Of a stretch of DNA of 64,000 nucleotides, positions 26,048-61,437 are shown in pieces. Under the pieces are notes generated by a model. That model did no database searches. It saw only the letters and a list, made by a program, of their open reading frames with translations, and was not told the DNA's origin. Source of the stretch: the human T2T-CHM13v2.0 reference genome, Homo sapiens; NCBI RefSeq assembly GCF_009914755.1, contig NC_060940.1. One strand, 5' to 3'. Made by a program: the position numbers and the translations under genes. Position 1 is the stretch's first letter, and each line of letters opens with the position of its first letter.

Positions 26048-29017
26048 ATGGAGGGCGCCTCCTTCGGCGCGGGCCGCGCAGGGGCCGCCCTGGACCCCGT
26101 GAGCTTTGCGCGGCGGCCCCAGACCCTGCTCCGGGTCGCGTCCTGGGTGAGTGGTCCCTGCCCGGGCCCCCGCTCCCGCCCCTGCCTCGCGACCTTCAGG
26201 CCCCTACCAGCCCCCTGCCCCCTACCCCCTGCCCCCTGCTTCTCGCCCCCCGACCTCACTCACTCTCATCCTCGCCGGCCCCTCCCCCGCCGGCCTCAGG
26301 TTGGGGTGACGTCACCGGGCAGGGCGCGCCCACCTGCGGGCGGAGGAGGGGCCGGCGGCGCCGGAGAGGGACCTTGAGAGGTCACCGCCGGTCGCCTCTA
26401 CCCCTACCTCCTCCCCGGGTCTAATTTCAGTCCCTTTCCGCAGCCCTTACTCCGTTTTTCCTGTTCTCGTGACCTGGAAGCAGGGACGGGGTGGGGACGG
26501 AATTCTCCGAGGGGCAGGAGGGGGCTACGGGAACCGAGAAGCGCCTCCCCTTCCCCCGCACACACACCCTCGGGTCTCCTTGGCAGGGAGCCTGTCCCCT
26601 GGCCCCCAGTTCCAGCTGTGAGTTGAGGGAGGAGAGGCTCTGGGCTGGGAGGGCTTCCTGGCGGCGGTGTGGAAGGCAGGTTTGGGAGCAGCCTAGCCCA
26701 CTGGGGCGTCCCTGGGAGGGCCCTGCTGCTCCTTCCCTCCGGCAGGGGAGGTGGCAGTTGGGTGCCGAGCTCTGGGTTTTGTCCAGGTGGCAACCTCTGG
26801 GCCAGCCGCACCTCGGCGCCTGTCTTGGAGGAGGGCGGTGCCCACGGTGGGGCAGGGGCTTTGGCCTCCCCTGCGGAGTGGCTCTGACCAGACCGGGAGG
26901 CAGGACGCTGCGTTTTGGTCCGAGCGCACGTCCCGACTTGTGGCCCACTCTTGGGGACAAGTGCATGTCCCGGCTTCCCCCTTGGCTCCACTCTCGGAGC
27001 TGGAGCGGGAAAGGAGCGAAGGGATGAGGTTGAGGCTGGAGGTCGTTTCTTGGAAAAACAGGGCTGCCCCGTGCAGCGCTGGTTAAAATGACTGCGGTCC
27101 CCCTCATGCCTGTCTCCCGGAACTGGTGGGCAGGAGGCATTGAGGTTTGACGGAACCTCAGAGGTCAACGGTGTCATCTTTTCAGCCCAAACACTTACAG
27201 GTGATATTAATAATCAGTCACGTGGGGGCTGTCATCCCTCGGGTACCCACCACGTGCAGGAAGCTGGGTGGACATGTCTGTCCCAGCACTGCATGAGCTG
27301 TGCCCGTCACCCTATTTGCATGCTAGAAAACAGGCCAGACAGTTCCCAACCGCGCAGGAAGCAACAGCTCCGCTGCCTCCATACCCTCCCTCCCGCCCCG
27401 CTCTGCCTGCTGCACTCTCACCTCCCCTTCGCCGTGCCGGCTCCAGCCTGGGAATCGCGGGCCCAGGTGAAGGCTCCTGTTCCCACACTCTTGAGTGGGC
27501 TCTGAGGGGACTCCACGGGCCCACGCGGTGCAGAGTACCTGGCTTGAATCAACCCCGGCTTTTGTCAGCCATGTGATCCCGGACAAGTCACTTCACCTGT
27601 TGGGGTCCCAATGTCCCCCGCATTTATAAAGAGAATAAGAACAATGGCGATCCCACGGGGACTTTCTGAGGATTTGGTGAGGGGACGCATGTAAAGTGGC
27701 TGTTTAACACAATGTCTGGGCATAGTAGATGCTCACTAAACGGCCCGTGTTGTCAATAATTACTAAATACGCGAGGGTTCGGGAAAGAAAGAGGTGACAC
27801 CGCCCCCCACCCAGATACGGGCCTGGGAACGCAGGGACAGGCCCAGGGGCGTGGGCGCTCGAGGCGGGCTCGCAGAGGTCGGGTCGCCGCAGGGCCCTGA
27901 GCGCCGCGCCGCACGCAGGTGTTCTCCATCGCCGTCTTCGGGCCCATCGTCAACGAGGGCTACGTGAACACCGACAGCGGCCCCGAGCTGCGCTGCGTGT
28001 TCAACGGGAACGCGGGCGCCTGCCGCTTCGGCGTCGCGCTGGGCCTCGGAGCCTTCCTCGCCTGCGCCGCCTTCCTGCTGCTCGATGTGCGCTTCCAGCA
28101 AATCAGCAGCGTCCGCGACCGCCGGCGCGCGGTGTTGCTGGACCTGGGCTTCTCAGGTGGGCGGGGCCGGGGCGGTGAGCGCGGAGAGCCTTCCGGGTGG
28201 GCGGGGAGGGGGCGGGGCCTGGGCGGGGAACACCGCTGGAGTTTCCAGCTGGGCGTGGCCGTGACGAGGGGCGGGGACTGAGGCAGGGAGTGTCAATGGG
28301 CCTCCCGGGTGGGCGGGGAGGGGGCGGAGCCTGGACGGGGAGCGCCGCGGGACTTTCTAGGTAGGCGGGGCCCGGGTCTGGGCGGAGCCTGGGCGCGGAA
28401 CGGGTCTGGCGCTCCCGGGTGGGCGGGGTCAGCGCAGGAGAGGGAGGCGGGACCTCGCGCCACGCGGCTAGCCCAGGCGAGGCGCCCCAAGCCTCGGGCC
28501 CACCGACCTTTCCTCCTCCGGGCGAGGCCGCCGTGGGCCACCGCGTGGAGCGTCGCCCTGACGCGCCGCACTGTTCGCAGGACTCTGGTCCTTCCTGTGG
28601 TTCGTGGGCTTCTGCTTCCTCACCAATCAGTGGCAGCGCACGGCGCCAGGGCCGGCCACGACGCAGGCGGGGGACGCGGCGCGGGCCGCCATCGCCTTCA
28701 GCTTCTTCTCCATCCTCAGCTGGGTGAGTGCGGGGCCCGGGAGGGCGGGGCGAAGGGGCGGGCGCTCGGCTGATCCCGGCTGACCCCGCTGACCCCGCCC
28801 CGCGCAGGTGGCGCTCACCGTGAAGGCCCTGCAGCGGTTCCGCCTGGGCACCGACATGTCACTCTTCGCCACCGAACAGCTGAGCACCGGGGCGAGCCAG
28901 GCCTACCCCGGCTATCCGGTGGGCAGCGGCGTGGAGGGCACCGAGACCTACCAGAGCCCGCCCTTCACCGAGACCCTGGACACCAGCCCCAAAGGGTACC
29001 AGGTGCCCGCCTACTAG
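26048..29017 (+). CDS. SYNGR3: Synaptogyrin-3 (MARVEL domain synaptic vesicle protein), 229 aa
   Basis: Exons 26048-26146, 27919-28156, 28581-28723, 28808-29017 (690 nt); four hydrophobic segments, Tyr/Pro-rich tail ending YQVPAY; AATAAA 30192-30197. Confidence 0.98.
26305..26316. promoter_or_regulatory. Full palindromic CRE in SYNGR3 intron 1
   Basis: GGTGACGTCACC containing TGACGTCA (26307-26314) inside the CpG island. Confidence 0.6.
27555..27745 (+). mobile_element. MIR in SYNGR3 intron 1
   Basis: GCCATGTGATCCCGGACAAGTCACTTCACCT...CATTTATAAA...GGGCATAGTAGATGCTCA resembles the MIR consensus. Confidence 0.65.
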
Positions 29018-30388
29018 CGGCTGGCAGGCACAGACCAGGGCTCCAAGGCCACCCCACCAACGCAGGCCCCAGGGTCTCCGGGACCTCCCTTGGGTCCTTC
29101 CAGCTCAGTGCCGCGGACAGAGTAGGTGGCCGCTTTGCGCCATCCGGGGCCAAGAGGGGGTGGACCCGCGTGTCTGGGCTGCCCCTGCCAAGTTCCCCCA
29201 GTCCCTCAGCACCTGGCCCCAGGACTGAGGTCCTGAGAAGGGGATAGCACTGCCCAGGACGTGTGTCCCTAGCCTGGAATGGACTGGCCTGGGGAAGGCT
29301 TTCCCCTCTTGGGCCACACCTGCTCACTCTGGGGTTGGGGGTCCAGCTGCCCTCTACGATCAGGTGCAGGGGCTGCCCAGGACAAAGCGGGGGCAGGGGA
29401 AAGACACCACCCTCGCCCCAAGACTGGGGATCCTGGCCACTGTTCCCATCCCATGTCCCTGTGGGTAGTGACTGTCTCGTTTCTGTCATGGTGGTGCGTC
29501 CCGTCCGGAGCCACTCTCCACTTTCTCTCACAGGCTGCTAGAACAGCCCAGCCCTGTCAGTGTTGTGATCATGGTCCAGTCTTCGGGTTTCACCTCCTAG
29601 TACTCCACAAGCTGCTCCTCTCTCTGTGGCCCCGGCCCCTGCCCAGGTGTGGGTGGTTCTGGCCAGGAAGGCACAAGGTAGCTGTGGGCCAAGACACCAG
29701 CCCTGTCCTAGCCCTTCAGTAAGACCTTGCCAGGAGAGGAGAAGGATGCCTGGGTGCCAGGAAAGACAAGCCCCTCAGCAGGAGAGAGGCCCAGAGGCTC
29801 CAGCTGGCCACCGTGCCCCACAAGATGGCCCCTGTGTGGTTCCCTTTACCTTGGCTTCCTGGCCCAGTCCCTGCCTCTCCACCTGCACCCTGCTTCCTGG
29901 CCCAGTCCCAGGTTGGAGTCCCTCTGCATAGCTGACTACTCATGCATTGCTCAAAGCTGGCTTTTCACATTAAGTCAACACCAAACGTGGTTGCCACATT
30001 TCATCAGACAGACACCTCCCTCTGGAGATGCAGTTGAGTGACAACCTTGTTACATTGTAGCCTAGACCAATTCTGTGTGGATATTTAAGTGAACATGTTT
30101 ACAATTTTTGTATATATCACTCTCTCCCTCTCCTGAAAGACCAGAGATTGTGTATTTTCAGTGTCCCATGTTCCGACTGCACCTTCTTTACAATAAAGAC
30201 TGTAACTGAGCTGACTGTGACCTGGACGCTCCTGGAATCATTTCTACCCCTTCCCTTCTGGTGCCAGGGATTGGTATCTGAGAGGCACCAGGGCCCCACA
30301 GGAGGGGACGGGGAGGTAGAGGCCAGGCTGACCCCCAGGCTCTGGGGGCTCCAGGTCCATAGGTCCCCACCACCACGTATCCCACTAG

Positions 30389-32998
<2,610 letters not shown>

Positions 32999-33628
32999 AA
33001 AGAGAAGTTCTTTCCAATAACCTTAAGGAAACAGCCCATTTCTCAGACTGCTCTACTCTTCTGTGGAGCTGGTCTTGCTTAGGAACCTACCATCCCCTGC
33101 CAAGTGGGCATCAGCTGTGAGGCGCCTCTGGTGTGGGGGGAATGCAGGTGGCCCCTACCCAGCCTCTCATCTCCTAGCCAGCCCCAGCATGGCCATCACC
33201 CAGGGGACACAGTTGAGTCCCACTGTCCAAGTCCTCAGCTACAGGGGGGCAGTGCCAATGCCGCCACATGGCTGACCCAGCCCCTCTGCAGCCACTGACC
33301 TTGGCTCTTCATCACCATGGGAGCCCCTTTCTGCTTGCTTTAGAGAAATTTCCCCACTTTCTCTGATCTGAGGACATATTCTTGGCCTTATTTGAATGTG
33401 GCTGTGTTTAGAGCATTTTTCCTACTTCTATGTGCTGGAAGCAGAAAGTGATTACCGTTATGTGTCTGGTCTCCCTCCAAAAACACCAGATCCAGATAAT
33501 TACGCTCAAATTATTTCGCTGCAGTATTTCAGATGTCCCCTCCACCCTGTTTCTAAATTTGGCTTCAGGGTATACTCAGAAGACAGAGAAGCTCAGAACA
33601 CCAGCTATGCGTGGTATTGCAAAATAAA

Positions 33629-33634
33629 TTTATT
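33629..33634 (-). terminator. ZNF598: ZNF598 poly(A) signal
   Basis: TTTATT on + (AATAAA on -) ~550 nt after the stop codon, in an AT-rich 3' UTR end. Confidence 0.8.
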
Positions 33635-34185
33635 TGAAGATAAACTGTCTTATAAAAGGTCAGAGGCAATTTGAGATCCCAGATTCAGCTTGTCTCATAA
33701 AAAGATTCAACTTCAAGTAGCACAATTTCTTGTCTGCTTTTAATCCTGAACATTCTTGAAGCACGAAACAGCCAACTGTTTACACAACACATCTGTGACA
33801 TCTGACTCTGGCACCAGTGGCGCCGCAGCTTTCAGCTCTGAGGACCCACGGGCTGCAGCCCTCAGCTTTGGGAGGGCCCAGATCAGGCCACTGTGACCTC
33901 TGGCTTTGCCAGCAACAACAGGTCCCAGCATCCCAGCCCTTCCCTCCCCTGGCACCTCCCAAAAGCACAAGAATGCAAACCGAGACTGGCCCACCACTGA
34001 GGCAGGGGTGGACTCCCGCTTGAGTGTGCCAACAGGGCGGGTGGACTGTCCTGGTGACTTCCTGGTGGGCCTGGCCAACCAAGAGGCCAAGTGGCCTCAC
34101 CAGGCCTTACCTGGCTGCCTGGCAGCCCGGAGAGGAAGGAGGAAGGACGCTCACGGTGCGACAGCTCTGGCCACGCTGGCGGGAG

Positions 34186-45704
<11,519 letters not shown>

Positions 45705-45989
45705 GGTCCGGGATCCGGCCCCCTCTCGGCCGGCGCGGCGCCGCGCGGCCTGGCTCCCGGCGGGCCCGCCCCTTCCGGGCAAACGTCACCGCCCCACCCA
45801 GCAACGGGCCCGCCCGGCGGAAGTGCGCGTCGCGACTTCCGCCTCAGCGCGGCGCCGGCTAGAGCGGTGGCCCTGATAGAGGCCGCTCTACCCTGAGCCG
45901 ACCGCTCGGAGGTCCGCGCGGCCACGCGGCCAGCCCCGGGCTCCTCTGGGCCACGCGTGTCACGTCAACACTCGCCGGGCTCCACGAAC

Positions 45990-46172
45990 TGGCGTTGTCA
46001 GATGAAACACGGCACAACTGGTTTGCATCTCAGATGAACAAGGGGTCATGTCTTAGTGTAAGTATAGCCCAAATATTGATGGGCTAGGCTCATACTAAAA
46101 TGCTGCTCCTTATCTGAAATTGACATTTAAGTGGACCTGCCGTATTTGTATTTGCTAAATCTGGCCACCTTA
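45990..46172. mobile_element. MER53 palindromic MITE (hAT superfamily)
   Basis: Ends GTTGTCAGAT... and ...TTTGCTAAATCTGGCCACCT; internal TTATCTGAAATT; central CCCAAATATTGATGGG; matches the recalled MER53 consensus. Confidence 0.8.
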
Positions 46173-46558
46173 TTAGGAAACCGGTCTCTGGTATTTGGAA
46201 CACACACAAGCGTGGTCCCGCCTCCACTTCCCTAATGCCCTGTTTAAATCCCTACATGAAAGACAACGTGAAAGGCAGCACGTGGTGACGTCCATCTCGC
46301 AGCCCAGGGCAGTCTCGCCAGGCCTGCCCAGAAGGGGCCTCTGGAAGGCAGGAACGGAACCTGTCCTCTTTACGCTGGGCCCAGCACAGGACGTGTTTGG
46401 ATGGATGCTGCAGTAACAGGGCCTCCTCCCTACCCTTGAGGGCCAGGCACACTCAGGACCTCCCTCCCTCTGCCATCCAGAAGGCAGGTCCAGATCTAAA
46501 CCCTACTGGAAAAGAGGCAGTAAATTGTATCAATGAGCCTGAACTTTACTTACTTTAT

Positions 46559-52503
<5,945 letters not shown>

Positions 52504-53036
52504 CTTCTATTTGCTGTCACAGGGACTTCCATCCCAGCATAGACTTTCATTGATCAGTTTCCACAGTTCCCCCTGCAGAAGCTCCCCGGGCCACCTCCAG
52601 GGGGCGTCCTGGACCCTCCCCTGACTGGCTGGAGTCCCCCCAGGGGTCCAGAGACACCCACGTCCTCTTAGCCAGGAGCGGGTGGCAGCGCCAAGGGACC
52701 CTGATGGGGCCTGGCTCTGGCCCATGTCGTGCTGCACTACCCGCCCACCACACACTCCAGGCAGCTGTCAAGGACAAGGGGCCCTGGGGGAGCGTGGCGG
52801 GGATAGCTTCTTGCAGGGCCTCTGGTCCCCGTGGTCCTCCAGGCGGCGCAGACAGCTCCATCTGCATCCCCCATTCTGCCCCTGTCACAGTGTTTTCCTG
52901 ACAGGCTGGGGGTGGTCAGCCTCTGGTGCAGCAAGGATAGGTCCTAGCCACAGCGTTCATTGAGTGCTTACTGGGTACCAGGCACGGTTCAGCTCCCAGA
53001 CCCACCACTGGATTATCAGTGCCAACAAGATGATGA

Positions 53037-53878
<842 letters not shown>

Positions 53879-54293
53879 CTGCCCCCAGCCTTTCTGTGCC
53901 CTTCTGGACAGGAGTACCCTGTTCCCCCAAGCTGAGGCTCTTGGGCTCAGGTGCTAGGATGTATCTCACCTCCACCATTTACCCAACATGATCTGGGGCA
54001 GGTCAGTTCTCCCTGGGCCTCAGTTTACTCGTTGGTGAGTGGAGTCAATAATAGTTCCACTCATGACATTGTCTGGAGGTCAAGATGAGATAGTTCATGA
54101 TGACCCAAAACGAGATCCCTGGTGTCTGGGACCCAGGGGCTGCCCCATGACTGACATGGTTGCTGAGGGAGGGCTGGATTCACCCTTGCTGGGAGGTCAG
54201 GAAAGACTGTGTCAGGCTCTGCCCTCTGGGAGGGGGTTGTTAAGCCCAGATGGCCACAGAGGGAAATTCTGAGGGACTGTCTGGCCCTGCGCC

Positions 54294-54902
<609 letters not shown>

Positions 54903-55854
54903 AAGGATCTGGGCCATTTAAGTGGAGTCTTGAAGGATGAGTAGGTGTTAGGCACAGACGCACAGAGGCAGGCAAAGCCACAGGCTGTTGGTTTAGGCAA
55001 AAATTGAGACTGGCTGGATAAAGTGGTCTTGGGGGACCATCACCAGAGAGGAGGCGCTGGAGGTCTGCAAGGTCTTGTCCTGCCCCTCCAGGGGTAGAGG
55101 TTCCAGGAGGGGCTGACTCTTTCTCCTGGAAGCCTCACAGAACTGCAGACCCCACGGATGGCTTGGTGTTGCCAACATGAGGCTTCTAAGGCTTCTGCGG
55201 GGAGATGGGTTGGTGGGGAGAAGCTGGGGGTGGCAGTGGACAGGACAGGGTGTGGGGACAGCTTTGGGAGCTATGCTAGGCAAGGACAAGGGACAACTCT
55301 TGGGGGGAGTCACCCAGAGGGGTCTTGAATGGTGCTGAAGGCCCCCGACAGCCCTCCTGCAATAGCCACTGTAGCTCTGCCTGCACCTGGGCCTTCGCTC
55401 TGCTGTCGTCCCACCGGCAGGAGTCTGGCTAAAGGGGCATCCCTCAGCCCTACTCCCTCATCAGTGTTCCCAGTACCCACTCCCTGGCACTTCCACTCCT
55501 AGAGGGAGGAGGCTGAGCAGGCAGAGAATGGGACGTGTCCCCTCAGAGGAGCCTCGAGCCCAGTTCCAGCCAGCGGCCCACTCAGTGAGGTGCTCAAGTA
55601 CCCACGTCCCCCGCCAGCTGCCAGGGTTCCCTCTCCTCCCTCCGTCCCTCCCCCCATCTGGGGAGCCCAGCGGTACTGAGGGGGCGGAACGAGGCGGGGC
55701 CACCGAGCGGTTATAGCTGGGCCTGCAGGGGACCCACGGCTCGCCTCCAGCCTCCTGCGCTCCGGTACCTGGGCGTCCCAACTCCACTGCGCGCCCAAAC
55801 CCAGCCGAGCCGGTTCGTGGCCCGCCCCGCCGGGCGGCCGTCGACGCGAGCGCC

Positions 55855-56573
55855 CTGGCGTGGCGCCCAGGGGAGCGGGGGGCTCCCGCGAGCCGGCCGC
55901 GGCTGGCACTGCTGCTGCTTCTGCTCCTGCTGCCGCTGCCCTCCGGCGCGTGGTACAAGCACGTGGCGAGTCCCCGCTACCACACGGTGGGCCGCGCCGC
56001 TGGCCTGCTCATGGGGCTGCGTCGCTCACCCTATCTGTGGCGCCGCGCGCTGCGCGCGGCCGCCGGGCCCCTGGCCAGGGACACCCTCTCCCCCGAACCC
56101 GCAGCCCGCGAGGCTCCTCTCCTGCTGCCCTCGTGGGTTCAGGAGCTGTGGCAGACGCGACGCAGGAGCTCCCAGGCAGGGATCCCCGTCCGTGCGCCCC
56201 GGAGCCCGCGCGCCCCAGAGCCTGCGCTGGAACCGGAGTCCCTGGACTTCAGCGGAGCTGGCCAGGTACGTGAGAGGGGAAGAGGCCTGGACCGCCGCGG
56301 GCAAGGGGGTCTCGGGAGGTCTGAGCCGGAGCACGGAGCCGCGCGTTCAGGGGGCACCCTCGGGCCCTTCCATTCCCTGCTCCGCACCCAGAAGAGCTTT
56401 CCCTGGGCAGGCTCGACCCTGGCACCCGGGGGCGGTGGTTGGAGGGCCACAGCCTCCTCCCCACGGCCTTGCTGTGTTCTCGTTAGAGACTTCGGAGAGA
56501 CGTCTCCCGCCCAGCGGTGGCCCCCGCAGCAAACCGCCTTGGCCTGCCCTGCCTGGCCCCCGGACCGTTCTGA
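55855..56573 (+). CDS. NPW: Prepro-neuropeptide W, 165 aa, CUG-initiated
   Basis: gccCTGg at 55855; poly-Leu signal peptide; [32 protein letters not shown] (NPW23 55951-56019, NPW30 to 56040); exons 55855-56265 and 56487-56573; AATAAA 56673-56678. Confidence 0.97.
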
Positions 56574-56956
56574 CAGCGTCCCCCGCCCGCCCGTGGCGCC
56601 TCCGCGCCTGACCCAGGAGGAGTGGCCGCGCGCTTCCAGGAGCCGCTCATAGACCCCGCCTGCCGTCCGGTCAATAAAATCCGCCTGACTCCTGCGCCCC
56701 CGCATGCGACCCCTTCGTCTGCTTGTGTACTTTGCCGTCTAGCTCAGGGCGCAGACAGGCGCGCCCACGCCCTGGCAAATGTCAGGGGCCCCTCCCTCGC
56801 CGACCAGGGGAAGCGCCGGGCACTCAGCATTCATTTCAAACCTGGATCTCCCGGCACCCCCTCCCTCCCTTAGCCAAAGGCTTCCGCAGATTGATTAAGA
56901 ACCCCTGGTCCCCTTCTTCTGGGTCATGCCCCGGGAGGAGGGGCCCCTCCACCTGA

Positions 56957-58536
<1,580 letters not shown>

Positions 58537-59199
58537 AACAGCCAATTCTTATGGAGCCCTTGGTTCCATCTAGCCCTCCCTCCGGCTCTGTGCTGGGTGA
58601 AGAGGTGGTCACACACCTCACAGGGCAACTCATCCTCCTCCTGCGAGCTCATTCCTTCCCACTCCTGCCCCTGTTCCTCACTGAACCTGACCTCTAAGAA
58701 CATGGATGTCCTGACCTCGTCACCACCACACCACGCCTCAAGGGCTCCCCACTGCCTATGGGACGATACCCGTGCTCTGGCAGGGCTGGCTCTGTCTGCT
58801 CTCACCGCCCCTCCCACTGCCTCCTCCCCCTTCCCCACCGCCTGCTCCAGACTGCAGATTCCAGGACAGCCCGGGACCTCCCCCGCCGAAGGAGGACTCC
58901 AGGGCCCCAGGCTGGGTTAAATGTTCTTCCTGGGGCTGCTTCAGCTCTGGCCTCCCCTTGCGCAGGCCAAGGTGCTCAAAGCTCTGTTCTCGCGGGGCTG
59001 GCGGGGGGGGGTTCAGTGATGTTCCCTGGTGCTTGCCTGGTCCAAGATGGGGAGACAGAGCCCATGAGAGGCTTTTCTGCCTCCCCCACTCCACACCCTT
59101 ATTCCCCTGCAGCGCAACCAGGCCTAGGGCGCCAGCCTCACCCCAGTCCCCACCCCACAGGACTGGATCGAGTGGAAGGAAGCCAGATGGGCAGGATCC

Positions 59200-59420
59200 T
59201 GGGGCAACTCCTCGCACGATGCAATGCCACCAGTTCCGGCCAGGTGGCGCTGCGCGGCTACTGTTCCGGGCGGTAGCGTCCGACCCGCGCCTCCAGCAAC
59301 GGGCGGGGCTAGAGCCGCAGTGGGCGGGGCCACGACGGGTGGGCGGGGTCGCCCCGTCGGCGGCAGCGGTTTCCTGCCTCTCCCCACTCTTGGGTCGTCG
59401 CAGTCCCCCGGCCTTCTCTC
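59200..59420. promoter_or_regulatory. Small intergenic CpG island with a CTCF-like motif and GC boxes
   Basis: CCGGCCAGGTGGCGCTG at 59236-59252; three GGGCGGGG boxes between 59301 and 59348. Confidence 0.6.
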
Positions 59421-60589
59421 TCTGTCTGGTCTGTGGGTCTCTGTTGGTCACCTCCTTCTGTCGCGCTGGCTCCGCCTGCTCCAGTTTCAGAATGTAAAGA
59501 GAGGCATGGTGCAGCCTGAGGGAAGAGGCCCTAGGCGCGGTCTGGTTATGCTTGAAGGGCCATTAATGTCCATTAGGAAGCCCCGCCTGCCTGAGCAGCT
59601 CTGGACCATTACCGGGAGTCGGAATAGTGGCCCCACCCCCAGACAGGGCCCCAGGCCACGGCCACACCCCGGAGCCCCGGTCCAGGTCCAGGCTCGGGCT
59701 CCCTGAGATCGCTGGGACCTTGCTGGAGGGATGCGGGTTCAAGGCCCGAAGGAAAGGTCCTGCCAAAACAGGAGTGCACGGGCGGCCCCCACCCCGGTGG
59801 ACCCCCCACCGACAGCCCAGGGGAACGGCTGAGACCTGCTCTCCCTCTGCTGGATAGGACCCACGCCTGGGTAGCATGCTGGCAGGCGTGGGTTAAGGGG
59901 GTTGGGTGGAGAGTTGGGGGATCTCCCAAGCCTCTGATTGCCTCTGCCTTGACTTTCTTCCCTCCTGCTGGGGCCCGGGGAGCCCACGTCGCCCACACCC
60001 CATCTGCACCCCACAGAACCAGGAAAATAAAGTCCACCCTCCTCTCGATGCTGACCCTACTCCCTCCCGCCCACCTCCCTAGCCCTTTCTTCGAGACACC
60101 AAGCACTTTGCGGCCCCTGAACACCTTTGCCCAGGTGCTTCCCTTCGCCTTTCTCTGCCTCCAGCGCAGCACCTATACGGGCCAAGGTCAGCCTCGGACC
60201 AGGGCTGAGAGCTTCCGGAGGCTGGCTGGAGAAGAGGCCTGGGAGGGTTTGCCCCCGAGAGCTTCTAGGTCACCCTTCCTCGCCTGTTCCTCCAGGCCCC
60301 TGGACTCACTGTCCCCTCTCACTGACTCTGCACCTCCTCTGAAATCGTGACCTCTGGTTCCTCTCTGGCTGCCTCATTCCTCCTGCTCCCTGCTTTGCTA
60401 GGCCCACTTCCTTTGTTGCCCGGCCCTTTGCTACTCTGTTACCCTCCTCAGCTCCTTCATGGCTTTGGGGACTCTTTTGTTAACTCTGTAGCAGCAGTGT
60501 GTCCGGTGATATTTCCTTGGTTCCTGGCCCTGGTTGTGACCTCATGTCCCTTGTGGCCCCTCCCTCTGCCATGCTGTTCTCCATCCCAT

Positions 60590-61099
<510 letters not shown>

Positions 61100-61437
61100 T
61101 AGTGTGGCCAGGAAGCTACAGCCTGCCAGGTTTTGGGTGGACCTGGTTGGTGTGGGATGACCCCCTAAGCCCAAACAGGTGTGGTATGTGGGGTGCGTGG
61201 TGGTGGGTCACACTGCCCACAGCCATCTTCACAGACTCCAAGGGTGGCAGCACCAGGCTGTGTCCAGGGAGGCCAGCCACAGGCCAGACAGGCAGCCTCT
61301 GGACATGCAGACAGAGAGATGGAAGCGGCCGGCCGGGCGGGAGCCTGAAGCAGCCTTACCCAGGAATTGCAGGGGTTGGGGTGGCGAGCAGTCGCGGCGC
61401 CTCAGCCTAAGTGGCTTTTAGGGGCAGCTGCCGGGAT

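Noticed and set aside
33396-33674. 92-aa ATG ORF on + near the ZNF598 3' end
   Set aside because: No recognisable motif, and it runs through the plus-strand AATAAA so it would be cut before its stop.
58756-59706. Overlapping 160-240 aa ORFs at the intergenic CpG island
   Set aside because: Present on both strands in several frames with low-complexity products; typical GC-rich artefacts.
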